The notes below the pieces were generated by a model. The model worked only from the letters and a program-made list of their open reading frames with translations. It was not told the DNA's origin and made no database searches. A program made the translations under genes and the position numbers. A DNA stretch of 64,000 bases from Phaeosaccion multiseriatum. Lineage: Eukaryota; Protista; Ochrophyta, other classes. Shown in pieces: positions 28,701 through 41,966 of the stretch (the stretch's first letter is position 1; the number at the start of each line of letters is the position of its first letter). The stretch lies in the NCBI GenBank assembly GCA_965112735.1, contig OZ218960.1, positions 2,046,001 through 2,110,000 of the forward strand, written 5' to 3'.

Positions 28701-29423
28701 GTCATCCTCGCTGCCTTCGACTGTGTCCTCTCGGCCCTCATCGTCGTCATCAATCATGACCGGCTCAATTTTGGCGGCACGGGTCAACGACAGCCTCGGG
28801 CACGACACCTTCCTCCACGCTGCTTTGAGCTGGGGAACCACATCGATCCCCGGAAGGGGCAAGGCGATGCTGCCCAGTGCGAAGAAGAAGCCGACCATCT
28901 CTTCTCTCTTTTGCATGCAGACTTTTGCGTTGGAGGCAAAGCACCCCTTCAGCAGTACCAGCCCTCCCAAAGGGATGAGGGGTAGGAGAGTCATACAAAC
29001 CAGCAGATTTTGGGCCAGATTTCCACTATCGCTATCTTGACCGACACTGGACATGGAAAGGGGCATCAAAACACTCCAGCCGAAGAGGATTAGAAAGTAG
29101 AGCCACTCCCAGATTCGGCTGGAAAAAATGTTGTACAATATCCACACACCCCTCGGCACTGCCTCCTCCCCTCTTCTTCTTTTCTCCCTCTCCCTGTGTA
29201 GCCTCTCCTGCTCCCCAGGCACGAAGAGGGGCTCAAAGTGCTTGGGAAGGCGCGCCTGGATCACGGAGATTTCCTCCTCGTGGTCCTCGTAGGCCGGCGC
29301 AGACTCCTTCTTCTGGACTCTTCCAAGCCAGGCCTTCTTCTGGGCGTCATAGTCGTACGGCCTCGCTGCAAGGTAGCGCACAGCGTGCGTTAAAGTCTTC
29401 TCCTCGTCCAATAGTAGCGCCAT
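25741..29423 (-). CDS. Multi-pass membrane protein with C4 zinc-ribbon, Tudor/Agenet-like and TMEM185-like segments
   Basis: Long ORF plus two phase-consistent introns. WNCIICGTEN...CSKCGTLC; YEAGDRIE..SWYPGTVTLARGNLTYDVAYQNGE; LRLDG...SWLVVFAPL. Confidence 0.7.
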
Positions 29424-29537
29424 AAGTGTGCACGGGGGGGGGGGGTGACATAAATTCTGTAACAGCAGCTTCACGTGCTTGGGTATTGGCTCGGACCCAA
29501 TTTCCCGTTCGCCCCTTTTCTCCCGATCGGGCTAAAG

Positions 29538-30488
29538 ATGCGTCCATTTTCTCTCCTGTGCTTTGCTGGAGTGCTCAGTGTCAGTACTTGCTTCTTCCTT
29601 GGTATTAGCAACGTCTCAAAAGTAACCAGGTGGGCTTAAAGAATTGGAGTATGAGGGGAAGGTTTGAAACCTCATATTCATACTCCCTTCCCTTCTCCCC
29701 TCTCCTCGTTGTTCCTCGTGCCTTCCCAGTTCCAGTTCCGGTAGAGGAGCAGCAGGAGCCAGCACATCTTTCACAGCAAGGCAGTCCTCTCCCAGAACCA
29801 TCTTGTAAGTGGTCTCCAGACGTATTTATTAGTCCTCGTCTCCCTCTCTGACTTCCCTGCTCTTGCCCCCCCCCCCCATCTTGGCCGATAACACCTTGTC
29901 GAAGCAGAGCAATGACTTCCCTCGAGTTCGCGAAGGACCAGATCGCCACGAACGATGTGGTAGTCTTCTCCAAGAGCTACTGCCCGTACTGCAACAGCAC
30001 GAAGAAGCTGTTCAAGGACATGGGAGTCGCCGCCGCCATCATTGAGGTGAGCAATGTCATTTCAAGGGCGAAAGGTGACTCTTCTAGCCACTGACACCCT
30101 CCCTCCCCTCTCTTTGCTATCTCCCAGCTGGACAACAGGTCCGATGGAGGCGACATCCAGGATGCCCTGGAAGACTTTACGAAGCAGCGTTCCGTGCCGA
30201 ACGTCTTCGTCAAGGTAAGGAGTGAGTGCTTCTGAATCGAGTTGACTCCACTCCCTACCGCCGTCCGTCTCCCTCCTCCCTCCCTCCGTGTCCCCTCGTC
30301 GCTCCACTCCCTGACCCGCTCCGTCCCTCAACCCCCCCTCCTCCCTCCTCCGCTCCTTCTCCTTTTTACTCTTACCCGTCCCCCTCTGGCTCGGACAGGG
30401 GACGCATGTGGGCGGGAACGACGCCACACAGAGTGCGGCAAAGAGCGGCGCGCTAAAGGAGCTGTTGGACGGGGAGAGGAAGGCGTAA
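29538..30488 (+). CDS. Dithiol glutaredoxin (CPYC) with bipartite plastid-type presequence
   Basis: VVVFSKSYCPYC, QRSVPNVFVKGTHVGGND. Upstream exons 29538-29629 and ~29744-29804 add MRPFSLLCFAGVLSVSTC-FF... in frame. Confidence 0.92.
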
Positions 30489-31184
30489 GGGTTATCCACT
30501 GTGGGTCATCCTGCGTAGGTAGAGCCAACGAAGGGCCAGGGAGGGGGCGATACGCGAATAGTGCCTTTAGAAGCACGAGTTGTGCGGGAATGATTCACCC
30601 CCCCCCCCCCAAGAAGTCTGAGCAATGTTCATGTAATGCCAATCTAAAGGCAAAAAAATGGACCCGCAATATCGACTCAAAAATCGCTATCACATGCTTC
30701 TGCGCTAAATTTTTCCCTTTTTTCCCTTCTTCCAGTATCACCTTCCTAATGAAGAATGGGTGTTAAAAGTGGTTGGTGTGTTTGGTGTCCGGTTTGTTGT
30801 CCATTCCCCGCTGTCGTAGTCAGCCCCATGCACGCCTAGCGGCCTAGGCCTATTTGGGAAATTGGCCGGCCTAGCGAGGGCCGTAGGCCCTCGGCCTATT
30901 TATGTGCCGCCGCCTAGGGCAGACGCCAACAACTTCAGTTTTAAGCAAAGAATGGGATTGGAAGGGAGGAGCAGACTTGGTTCGTGTTGTCTCTTTCCAC
31001 CTCGCCGGCCCTACGAGGAGTGCAGGCCTACAGGTGTGCTGCTACCCACTGGCTGGGCGGCACCACGCACGTTTGGCCGATGATAGTGAGGACACCACCT
31101 AGAACTCAAACTTTGTTGACTTTTCCCGGCCCTCAACTGCTCGCTCCTCTCCTTCTTGACTTTGACGCTGGGAGGGGAGCCGCA

Positions 31185-32815
31185 ATGCTGTCCCCCTCTG
31201 CTTTTTACGCCCTATGCTTTGCACTAGGCCCTATGTACCTGCTTGGCGGCGTGTTGGCCACGAGGAAGCTCGTTCGCATCCTTGATGCCACTGCAAACTA
31301 CAATGCGAAAAGGTATACGTCTCCTTCTCGCAAAAACAACTCAAGAGGCTTCCATCTTCGGTCACCACTCTCCTTCTCTTCTCTCCTTCTTTGTCTTGCT
31401 TTCCTTTCTTAAGCCCAAAGCTTCAGCTCTCAGGACTCGTCGGGGGGCCTTCCTCCATCAGCGGCGGCACAGTGGCCTCGTTTGCGCGCTCTCTGCGCTC
31501 TGGAGGGCCCTTGACCACACAAACGGTTGTGTACATACTTATCTCCTGCACCTTCTTGCTCCGCGTCGCGTGGGTGGTGGTGGCCGCGTTTGCGTATGAC
31601 GCTGAGCTCGGCGAAGTCAGCGCAGGAACAGGTTTGTCCCAGTGCCCAGAAGACCCCCTCCTTTTGTTTCTCACGTCCCACGCTCCTGCCACCGTGCCAC
31701 CGCCTCCTTCCTCCCGAAAGGCCTCCGCCTGGCCTTCTACTTCCTGGACATGGGTCCACAGGTGCTGTATCTCACCACGCACGTGTGCCTGGCCATGTTT
31801 TGGGCACACACGTTCTACACGGCAGCAGGCGATGTATTTGCCTTCCAAAATGTGGGTACTTTGTACTACTACCGCGGCTTGGGAGCTTCAAGTTCTGAGC
31901 AACTTATCTCGTGGGGGGGGGGGGGCAAAGATACACAAGGGGTCAGGACGGGAGGGCAATCCCTTCGAGGCTTGCTGTCCGTGCTTCATCTATTGGTCGA
32001 CTGACTCCTCGTCGCGCACGTCCTTATCTTGCTCCTTGGCACTGACCTTCCAGGGCGTCTTGCCGCTGTGCCGCCTTGGAATCAGCCTGCACTGGGCAGC
32101 CGCCGTCATTATCGGGGTCTTATACGGGTCGCTTTGGAGCAGCTTCTCCTACTACGTCAGCCCGGCCTGGGCAGCTCTCACATCCTCCTCTTACTTGCTC
32201 GTTGCCGCCGTGCTGGCGGGGTTCGCCCACAAGTCAACAAAGGTGGGGGAGGAGGGAGGGGTGGTCTTGCTGAAAGGAGGGCCAGGGCTCTTCTCAGACG
32301 TGGACCTTTGGGCTGAAAGGGCTGTACTGGCATGTACTGTTACTGGCATGCCCACCAATTTCTCACGCGCACGCACACACGCACATCCTCCCTGTCTACT
32401 TGCCCTCCTCCAGGAGCTTCAGCTGGTGCCTATCGACCTCCCCATGCGCACCAAAAAGGTGACCGACGTAACCGGCATTACCGTCATCCTGTGCACTGTG
32501 TGCATGGCGAGGGCGGCTCTTGTACCTTTCATGATTCACAAACGCATTCCGGTGGACACCGCAGCGACCGCTCTAGAGGCCTTTCTGTACTTCTTCTGCT
32601 TGGAGACGCTCCCGCAGCTCCTTGTCATTGCGTACAATCGAAAGCTCCCTTTCGCGCCGTCGCGCTTCCACAGCACAGCAATGGGCGGCGGCGAGGATAT
32701 GAGTTTTTGGGGCGGGGGTGCCGCAGCAGCACCGGCAACAGCTCAGGGCGATTTGCAGCTGGAGCCTACAGAGACGGACCCCCTCACCGCTGGAGGGCGA
32801 AGGAGGGCTGGTTAG
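31185..32815 (+). CDS. TOM1/THH1-like (DUF1084) 7-TM protein
   Basis: FLDMGPQVLYLTT..LAMFWA, PIDLPMRTKKVTDV..ITVILC.VCMARA, YFFCLETLPQLLVIAYNRKLP. Confidence 0.8.
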
Positions 32816-32974
32816 AGGAAGATGAGTCTGTAAGGAGTAGCCCGTAGTAGATAATTGATAGCACTCTCCAGAGTGTATTCCTTAGTCTTTCATCAAAGAG
32901 AGCTACCAGGGGGTGATGAGCAACGCTTCGCGGCCTGAGGCGGCGACCAGCCAGTCTTCTTCTTCTTCCCTTAG

Positions 32975-33271
32975 GGCTGTGACCGTTCCTCTCGGTGTGA
33001 CGGCACTGGCTGCTTCTGCGTGCTGCTGGGCGGCACGCTGACTATTGTGATCGGCACCCATCTGCAGCTGCCCCTGTCCACCACGCACTGCATCGTGGGC
33101 TCCCTCGTGGGCGTGCACATCGCGGAGGGGCGGCACGGGCTGCACTGGCCCAAGGTGTTGAAGGTGTTGGTGGGGTGGTGCCTCACCATCCCCATCACCG
33201 CTCTCTTCTCCGCCGCCATCTTCTCCCAAGCGGGTACTCCCCAAGCATATCCAGGAGCTGAGCTGAGCTGA
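32975..33271 (+). pseudogene. Orphan 3' fragment of a PiT/PHO4 phosphate transporter
   Basis: LQLPLSTTHCIVGSLVGV....LHWPKVLKVLVGWCLTIP is the PiT C-terminal signature. The rest of the gene is absent; the upstream gene stops at 32815. Confidence 0.75.
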
Positions 33272-33588
33272 GTGGCCGAGCAGTCGGATACACCAAGGGC
33301 GTAATCGGATAATGCATGAAGCGGTGTCGAATCACACACTTCAGTACAGCACATGGACTGCCATCTGACTGGCCCGAAGCAAGGATGGTTACACAGGTGA
33401 GCCGAGGATGCGTTGCTGCTGCTGCTGCTGCTGCTGCTGCCAAGGGGGGGGGGGGGAGAGAAGACTCTCGCCCTCGCAGTCGCATCCAAGTCCATCCACG
33501 AAAGTTGTACGTACGTAAGAAGTACAGTACGCCAGTGATGGTGTGGAAGGACGAGCATTCACCCCTTCACGAGAACATTCATGACACT

Positions 33589-36500
33589 TCACGAGAAGGT
33601 TCTGGAGTACTTCTTGATCTCCTGCAGGATGGCCTGTGTGGACACGATATCCTTGAAGAAGGGCGGCTGCTGCCCTCTGCGCTGCGATTGGAAGCCCCTG
33701 CGCACCCGCTCCTGGAAGCGCGTGTTGTAGAGGAGCAGCTGCGTGAGGGCTTGCTTGAGGATCTCCATGCCGTTACGGAAGTTACTGCGAAGGGGAAGGA
33801 AGGGGGTATTGGGGGGAGGGGGGAACGAGCCGGGGGGGGGGGGTAGACATCAGGCCACAATACCCGCCGCTTAGCGAGGACAGGAGCGCCCAATATGCAT
33901 AAATAGAGGACGGCCCTCGTAAGTGTTACGTTAACGGTCTCGGGGTCGCCCCACGCCAAGCACGCACACCATCATCCCAACCAGACCCTCCCAGACACCC
34001 CCTCTCCACTCACATACACGCACACCCACACGCACGCTTGCTGCGCTGCGCCAGAGCTCCCCCATGTCGTGCCCGCCGCGCCTCGTCCCTCCCCCCCCAC
34101 TCTGTCATCGATGCGAGTACTCACTACACTTACACTCACCTGAAGAACGCCAAGATGTCTGCGTGAATGCCCTCGATGCCCGCCATCCACGTGGAGGCAA
34201 ACTCACGCACGAGGTCCTCCGCTTCCACCTGTCGGGCATGCAGGGGGAGGGGGGTTAAAGGGGGGAGGTTAGTGGGACACACAGGGGGGGCTTGCGTGCT
34301 TCTTTCCCTCGTGTCTCTTGCAGAGACAAGGAGAGGTGAGGGTCAGAGTGCCGCCCGCTGCCCTCCTCTTACCCGCTTCCTGCCCTTCTCCTGTCCTCCT
34401 TCCCTCCCCTCATCCTGCCCTCCTCCTCTTGCCACCACCCTCCTGCCCTCCCTTTTCTTGCTCTCTCTCGCGTCCTGCCCTCCCTTTTCTTGCTCTCTCT
34501 CGTCCTGCCCTCCCCCTCTTCTTTCTCTATATCCTCTTGCCCTCCTTTCTCCTGCCCTCCCTCTCCCTCCCCTCCCTCGTCTTGCCCTATCTCCTTCCCC
34601 CCCCCCCCCCAACCCTTGCCCCTCACCTCGTCCAGCGGCTCGTCTGCCGACACTTCCATCCTCTTGACGAAGGCGATCATCTGTCCAAAGCGCTCCATCA
34701 GCTCCTCCTCCACAAACACCTCCCTCTGTCTGTGGAGCAAGTCCTCGAACTTTGAAGTCTCGTCGCTAGGGAGGGAAGGGAAAGGAAGGGCGGGAGGGAG
34801 GTATTGAGAAGGTTTTATTTACGTAAGCTAATAGGGGGGAGAGAAAGGAAGGTGATTTAGAATCTACTTCATTCCTCGAAAAATGCTGGCATAGGCTGGT
34901 AGGCTGCCCCCAATAGGCTCACAACATCACAAGGTCTTACCTCATGATTCTCCTCTCGTTGAACACAGTGAGCACTTGATCGTAGTTGTTGATGAGAAAC
35001 ACCATGCGCTCCTTCTCCTTGTGCGGCCCCAGCCTCTCGCTCATGCGCTGCAGGAGGCGCACAATCTCGGTCCTCAGCTGCGCCAAGTCGTTGAGAAGCA
35101 TCTCCTCCCCGCCCAGGCCCGCGCCGCTGTCCACTCCGCTGTGCTCAGAGGGATACAAATTAAAGGGCAGGAGCAGGAGCAGGACAGACAGTAAGTAGGG
35201 AGTCAGGCGGGAAGGGCGGTGGAGCCAGTTGGGGCCAGTTGGAGACAGCGCATCAGCGCAGGGGAAGTGAGGGCGAGGAAATGGGGAGTATGGAATTGGG
35301 GGCGCGTGGAAGGAAGGAGGGTGGGGATGGGCCCCTCGTCCAAAGCCTTGTGACAAGTGAGTGCGCGGGCCAAACGAACCTGTGCAAGGCGAGGATGGAG
35401 GCCGTGAACTCCGCGTAGCGCCTTGTGACGTAGTGCGGGTGCCGCTCGATGATGCCCAGCTTCTTCGCGTTGGCCGTCTCCACGCTGAGTAAGGGGGGGG
35501 GGGATGGGAAGAGAGGAGACAGAACAGGGCTTTGGTCAAAGGCAAACGACGAAGCGTTCCCTTACTTCCTGCTCTCTTTCTCTCTCATCTCACTGCCTCC
35601 AGGCCTTCTCTCTCTACTACCTGCCTGCCTGCCTCCCTGCCCCACTACACTCACTCACTCACCTCTTGAGGTTGGCATCAAACACCTTCTTGAATCTTCC
35701 CCATAGCAGCATGTTGACGCGATCGAAGAAGCTGTCAAGCACAGGTACTCTCCTCCGCTGCATCACCAGGCGATGCGCGAGGGTGAGCTTGATCATGAGC
35801 AGCAGGCCGATGGAGTCGAAGCACGTGTCTGGCGAAAGGTAGTTCTCGAGGTTCTCCAGGCAGAGGGAGAGGGTTTTGGCGAAGATCTGATTGAAGGTCT
35901 CCCGAGAGCTTCCCTGCAGAGATTTGATTTGATTTTAGTTGGTTTGGTTTGGCGCAGGGGTGGGCGGGGAGGGGCGGAATGGAAAGAAGGAGTAGAGGGG
36001 GGGAGGTTGAGAAGAGGCCACTTAACCTGACCTGACTGGCATGGCACGGCCCGGCAATGAGCGGCAGTGGATGGCAGTGGATGACAGAGGGATGGCAGGG
36101 ATGGTACGGCAGCAAGGACTGGCATGCATTCATTGGCTTACCTTGAAGAACTCCAACGTGAAGAGGTACTCGCTGGTGGCGCTGTCCATAAGGTGCTTCA
36201 TGACGCTCCGCATTATCACCTCGTACGTGTAGTGCTGCTCCTCCGCCTACAGGGAGGGATGGGGGGGGGAGGGGGGGGAGTGAACATCACAAGCGGACCA
36301 AGTGCAGTCAGTCGGGTAGAGCAAACAAAGTAAAAGCTCGAGTTGTGGAGGTGGGTGGGAGTGCGTTGGTTGGTTGGTTGGTTGGTGAGGTTGGTTGGTT
36401 GCACGGGACAGGACCGCAGCTCAGCTTAACGCCTACGCACCTGTGCCACATGCACAAGGATGGGCTGCGCGTCCACCTGGTCCAAGATGTACTCCCGGTC

Positions 36501-38917
36501 GCCGAGGTTGAAGGCGTCCCCTCTCTTGCTCAAGTCCACCTGCTTATTCATTCAAAGGCAGGTGTTCATTGAAAGTGTTCGAAAGGCTCAGAGAGGCGCA
36601 GAGGCACAAGGTTCCCTTTCTTGTTGTCGGCGAGCAAGGAAAGAGCGAGGCGGACAAGGCGCGCCAGGCAGGCAAGTGGAGCAAGGGGAGCAAGGAAGGC
36701 AAGCACGGGGAGCAGAGCAGGCCAAAGCAAGCAGAACAAGCAAGCAAGGCAAGAAGAGGAGAGCAAGCAAAAGCATCCCACAGCACCTTGCTTGAGAAGA
36801 TGCCCCTGACTGCCGCCTCCTCCACCGCAAGGAGATCGTGCCGATTGGCCACCTGTAAGGAGCCGGAGCCCAAGCCGAGCCACAGAGACGAGCCAATCAC
36901 CACGGCCGAGGCGAAGAGGGCGGAGTGAGACACACGAAGGGGGACGGGGGGTCGGGAGGGTCAGCAGAGGGAAGATCAGTCATCTGCCGGCCCCAAGGCC
37001 ATATGAAGCAAGCAACCTACACATGCCCAGGCCCGCCTCGATGTCCACAAGCCCACCCACCTCTGAATGGCGCTTGATGAGGGCCATGTGGTAGAGCCTA
37101 AACACGTTATAGATGGTCCTGCCCATGCTCTCCACATAGAAGGTCCGAGCCTCCAGGGCCATGCTGGGGGCGTTCTCGTTTAGAAAGTCCATGAGGAAGC
37201 TGAACTTCAGAAGGCTGTTCTTCTGCATTATCTGTGTATGTGTGTGTGTGTGTGTATGTGCGTGTGTGTGTTAGGAGGGGGGAGGGGAGGGGGGCGGGAG
37301 GATGCAATGGAGAACCCAAGCGTTGTAGTGCAGGAAGCGAAGCAAAGGGCTGGAGTCAGGTCGCGGAGAAGTGTCGGTAGCCTTTGGGAGCACGGCACGC
37401 GTGGCCAAAGTAATGGATATGGAGGTGAATGCAATGCCGCGAGACAAGACTCCACACACCGCACAGACCACAGACCTGAATGTTTGTTTTCGGCTTTCGG
37501 AGGTCTCCGATTTTGGCCAGGAGATAATCCCGGGCCTTTGTACACGCCTGCGCTCGCAACTGCAGGGTGACAAGAGGGGATAGAGGGAGGGAGGGAGGGA
37601 AGAGGAGGAGCGAGGTCGTTCTGGCTCAGTTTCACTCTACAGCAACGAATTTATTCATATTCGGGAAGGTCCTCCTCCGGACCTGTTCCAGGTGCGGGCC
37701 AATTTCCTTCGCTGCAGTCGTGTCTTTGGGAGCCACGTCCAAGCTGCTTCCGTCCGCGGCAGGCTTCGTCTGGTTTAGGTACTTGACCTGCACAGACAAC
37801 ACACCAATGTCAGGAATGAAAAGAGCCGTGTCGGGCCCAATTAGCTTGGCTCTTTGCGCAGGAACATGTATGCAAGTCGCCGTTACCTTGCTGTTGAGCG
37901 CAATAATGTAGTCAAGATAGGCGTCATTAACGGAGTCCGCACAGATAGCAGAGGCCAGCGACGGGGGAAGAACCACATTGCCCAAGAAGCTGCAAACGAA
38001 GGGCAAGAAGCGCGGGGCAGGATGAGGATGAGGATAGCAGAGGCGTAGCGCGAGCCATATGGAGGTAGGCAGGGAGGCAGAGAAAGAGACCAACAAAACA
38101 ATCACCTCACCTTCCCAGCTTCTCCTCCGCCGCCCTCCTGTTCTTGAGTCGAATGTTCATGCTGATGCTCTCGTCTTGGAGGTTCTTGATCTCATCGCTG
38201 ATGCCGCCCAAGTCGGCCTGGAAACCAAGCAGCATTTCCTGCATCCGCGCCAAAATTGCATCGCACGCCTGTGGGTATGTATGCATAAGGCCACTGGGTC
38301 AGATACTCCTTCCGCACCAGGAGAAGACAGGCGACCAACACAAGCATCCTGTAAGGGGAGTAGCGCTCGAGGAGCTTCTCTGCTCTACTTGCCTGGATAT
38401 CGCTGTGCAGCTCCAGCACCTTGTCGGACTGAGACACGTACTCTCGGACGCTCTCGGCCTCCACCTGAGCAGGACACAGTAGCGGCAGCCACGAGGAAGG
38501 GCTATTAGGAGGAACAGCGCACCCTTGCTGCAGGGCGATGTACAATAGGCGGGCCACGGGGCGCTTGTACCGTAGACAAGCGTCCGAAGGTGACAAAGAG
38601 GGTGCCAGAAATTTGCTCTTAACAGCCAGGACGGACTGCCCCCTCCTTAGGGCGTGCTCACTCTGGCGAGGGCCGGTCTTGCGAGTATTCCTCTTAAGCA
38701 CAGCCTCTCTCTCACTCACATCTCTCAGCTGGTTGTCTATGTCCGTGGTGTATGCCCTCAGGTCAACGCCTTGCTGAAGGGCCAAACTAATGACCTCATC
38801 TTGCTTGAAGCTCTCCAGTTCCTCGTCTATCCCGTTGAAGTCCGTGGGCTCGACAATTTTCACTCCCTTGAGCCCTTCATCAGCGCTGCTATTACTACTA
38901 TTGTTGATTGCCTCCAT
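33589..38917 (-). CDS. VPS52: GARP complex subunit VPS52, ~16 exons
   Basis: ALQQGVDLRAY, LHSDIQACDAILARMQEMLLGFQADLGGISDEIKNLQ, KPKTNIQ.MQ, LMDSATSEYLF, CFDSIGLLLMI, PHYVTRRYAEF, FLINNYD, QLLLYNTRF. Confidence 0.96.
34370..34565. repeat. Pyrimidine-rich minisatellite (TCCTGCCCTCC...) in a VPS52 intron
   Basis: Repeated TCCTGCCCTCC units with CT-rich spacers. Confidence 0.8.
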
Positions 38918-39508
38918 ATCGAGACACACACAATGGGGCGACAATGGGAACTGTGCCCCAATCCCAAGCACTATCATCATCTGAGTGCGATTGGGTTTTT
39001 CGATCCGGGCCCAACTTTGGGCTTACGGGTGTGGGTGTGGATGCAAACGATCAAACAACGAGAGACCGACAATAAAAACATCAGGAAGACTCATTCCGCT
39101 TAACATTGTACTGAATTGAACCCGGAGCCTGCAGCAGATTTCCGCAGCTTTAAAGGTGGGGGGGGGAGTTTGCCTGGGGCACCAGCTGCACCCGCAGCCA
39201 GCCGACCACAGAGCCAAGAGTGGAGGAGCAAGCGTCGGGACCACCCAGCGTCAATAGCGGCAACAGGAGGGGCAGGTCCGAAGGGGGGGGGCGCCCGGGG
39301 GATTATCTTGGGTTGAACCCTCTTTGTTCTGATCAAGTCGAAGAGATAGGGCCTTGGAAGACAGCTCACTCGGCTACTTGCTGCTCTGTGGGGGAATTGA
39401 AGACTAGCAGTAGCAGGGCAGGGACTTTACACGACTCGTTTGGGAAAGACTTCCAGGCCTCGGTGAGCGCGTCTTTCCTTGGTACGTGTTGGTCAAGCCT
39501 CCTGTTGA

Positions 39509-40819
39509 ATGAAAGCGTCAAAGTTTCCATCCAAGAACTTGAATGCGACCCTCAAGCCGCCGGCAGGGGGGGGGGACCTCTCCCGCGATGGGGGTGGGGC
39601 GGGCAGCAGCACTAGAGGTAGAGGGGGCAGCAGCCAAAGAGACCCGAAGCGTTTGACGTTCCTTGGCGGAAAGGACAAAAGCGCTTCTATCCGAGTGGGA
39701 GTATCGGCACCGGTGCCTATCAACACTCCATCGTTGCGAACGGAGAAGAGGAGTGATGGAGTCGAGGTGGCACCTGGTGTCTCCACTCTCAGCAAGACTG
39801 GGTCATCGGGCGGAGCCGTGTGGGGGGCAGCCGGAGGGGATGCGGGCGGAGCGGGGCAGGGTGGAAGCGGCAGTGGCAAAGAGCAGCGGGGACTACCCAG
39901 GGGCCTCATGGGTGCGGCGGGGGGAGTTATGGAGAGGCACTTTCCGGACCTTAAAACGGCCTCGGAGCGGGCCAACAGCAGCAATGCCCCCACTATCATT
40001 AGTCAGCAGACGAGGGCGCCGGCCGCCGCGCCGAGTGGGGGTGCCGGAAGTGGGTCAGGACCTGGCACCAGTCTCATTAGTAACGTTAGCAATAGGGGGG
40101 CGAGTAGCTCGGGAAGCAGCCAACAGCAGCAGGATCAGCAGCAGCAACAGCAAACGAAAGTGCTCAAGCCGTCGACCGGCTTGAGGCCGAAAGGGATGCT
40201 GCGACCCGGGGGAGCAGGTGGGGGCTCTCTGCTGTCAGCCTCTACAGCCACTCCGGGAGGGGGGAGGGACGATTCCCGGCGGATCGGAGGGGAGGGCGAT
40301 GGAAGGAGAAAAGACTTTTCCGGGGCTCCCAGGGGGGAGATGAGGGGAGACAGGGAAGGGGGTACCGACAGGGGAGGAGGTGGCGGACTGAATTTCACGG
40401 GCGGACCTGGGAGCAGAGGAGGTGGAGGAGGAGGGGGGGGGGGGGCACAGATCAATGTCCCGCCACCTGTCGTGCTCGCCCCGGGGGGATACGTCCCGCC
40501 CCCGTCGAGCTTCGAAGAGGAGCTGGCATTGCAGAACAGGAGGGTGGAGCGCTCTGCAGAGCTTGCCAAGATACTCAATGAGTGTGGCGCTAAGGTGCTT
40601 CCCGGCTCCAAGGCAGCTTCGAAAATGGGCACGGAGTCAGGGCATCAGCAGCAGCAGCAAGGGGTGGTGGCGGGTATGGGCAGCAAGGGTCGTGATAATG
40701 ACCCCTACAAGCAGCAGAGTGCGTCTCCACCCGCTCAAGCGGTAGCGACTGTTTCATCCTACACGAGGACACACGGCCCGCCGCCTCGATTGGTCGGTGG
40801 AAACCCTCCGCAGCAGGAG

Positions 40820-40854
<35 letters not shown>

Positions 40855-40900
40855 GGAGGAGGAGGAGGAGGAGGAGGACTTCCGACAGACAACCCCAGGG

Positions 40901-40935
<35 letters not shown>

Positions 40936-41915
40936 CCAGCAGTATCAAAATCAGCAACAAGCACAGCCACAGCCACCACCACGACAGCAACGACAGCAAC
41001 AATCGCAGCAGCCGCACCACCACCAGCAACAACAACCGCAACCACAACTATCACCTCCAGCAGAGAAGGTGGGAGGTGGACGAATGGGGGGGCTGGGCCC
41101 TATGGGCAGCGGGACAGCGGCCGACGTGGTGCATCAAACTTGGGAGGAGCACCAGCAGGATGAGGCCGGGGGTGAGTACACAAGGAAATGGGGGCCGCCT
41201 CCGCGTGCCCCTGCCCCGGCCTCGGCGGCTGTGGCCTCGGCAGGGGGAGGCAGAGCTGTTGCAGAAGGAAGTGAAGGGGTTTTGGAGGGGGGCATGAAGG
41301 GGCTTGAAGTCTCAAAGAGGGCGGCAGATTTCCAGCGGGCAGCCACGGCGGCAGCGGCCCCGCCAGAGCCTATGAATACGCGCTGGAAGGAGGCGGGGGC
41401 CGCCCCAGCCCCAGAGCCGCCTAAAGCCACGAACTCGAGGTGGCGGGACCCCAACAAGGAACCTCAGAAGCAGGAGCAGCAGCCGCAGCAACAGCAGCAG
41501 CAGCAGGCTTTTGGGCAGCAGGCGACGAACAGCCGGTGGAGGCAGCAAGAAGGCCTGTCGAAGGACGTGAACGGTGAGCAGCTTGGCTTCCAGGCAGGGC
41601 ATTACGCATACAACGGCCAGCAGCAGCAGCCGCCGCCGCAGCAGCAGCAACAGGAGACTCGGCATCACCAGCAGCAGCCTCCATCGCGAGGCAGTGGGCG
41701 CAGTCGGGAGGGTTCTGGCTTGGGCAATGGACTGGCGGAGGACAGCGCCCCCCCAGTTGGAGGAGGGTCCAGCAGTAGGTTCAGGAGAGGCAAGGAGGCG
41801 CAGATGCAGCAGCAGCAGCAGCAGCAACAGCAAACTAGCAACTTTGCCCTGGAGCCAGAGCATCCGGCGGAGCCGAGACCAGAGAGACTTCTGGCGAAGA
41901 TCCCTGGCGCTCACA

Positions 41916-41966
<51 letters not shown>

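Noticed and set aside
27522-29040. Overlapping plus-strand ORFs of 180-380 aa
   Set aside because: Antisense shadows of a GC-rich coding exon; no motifs.
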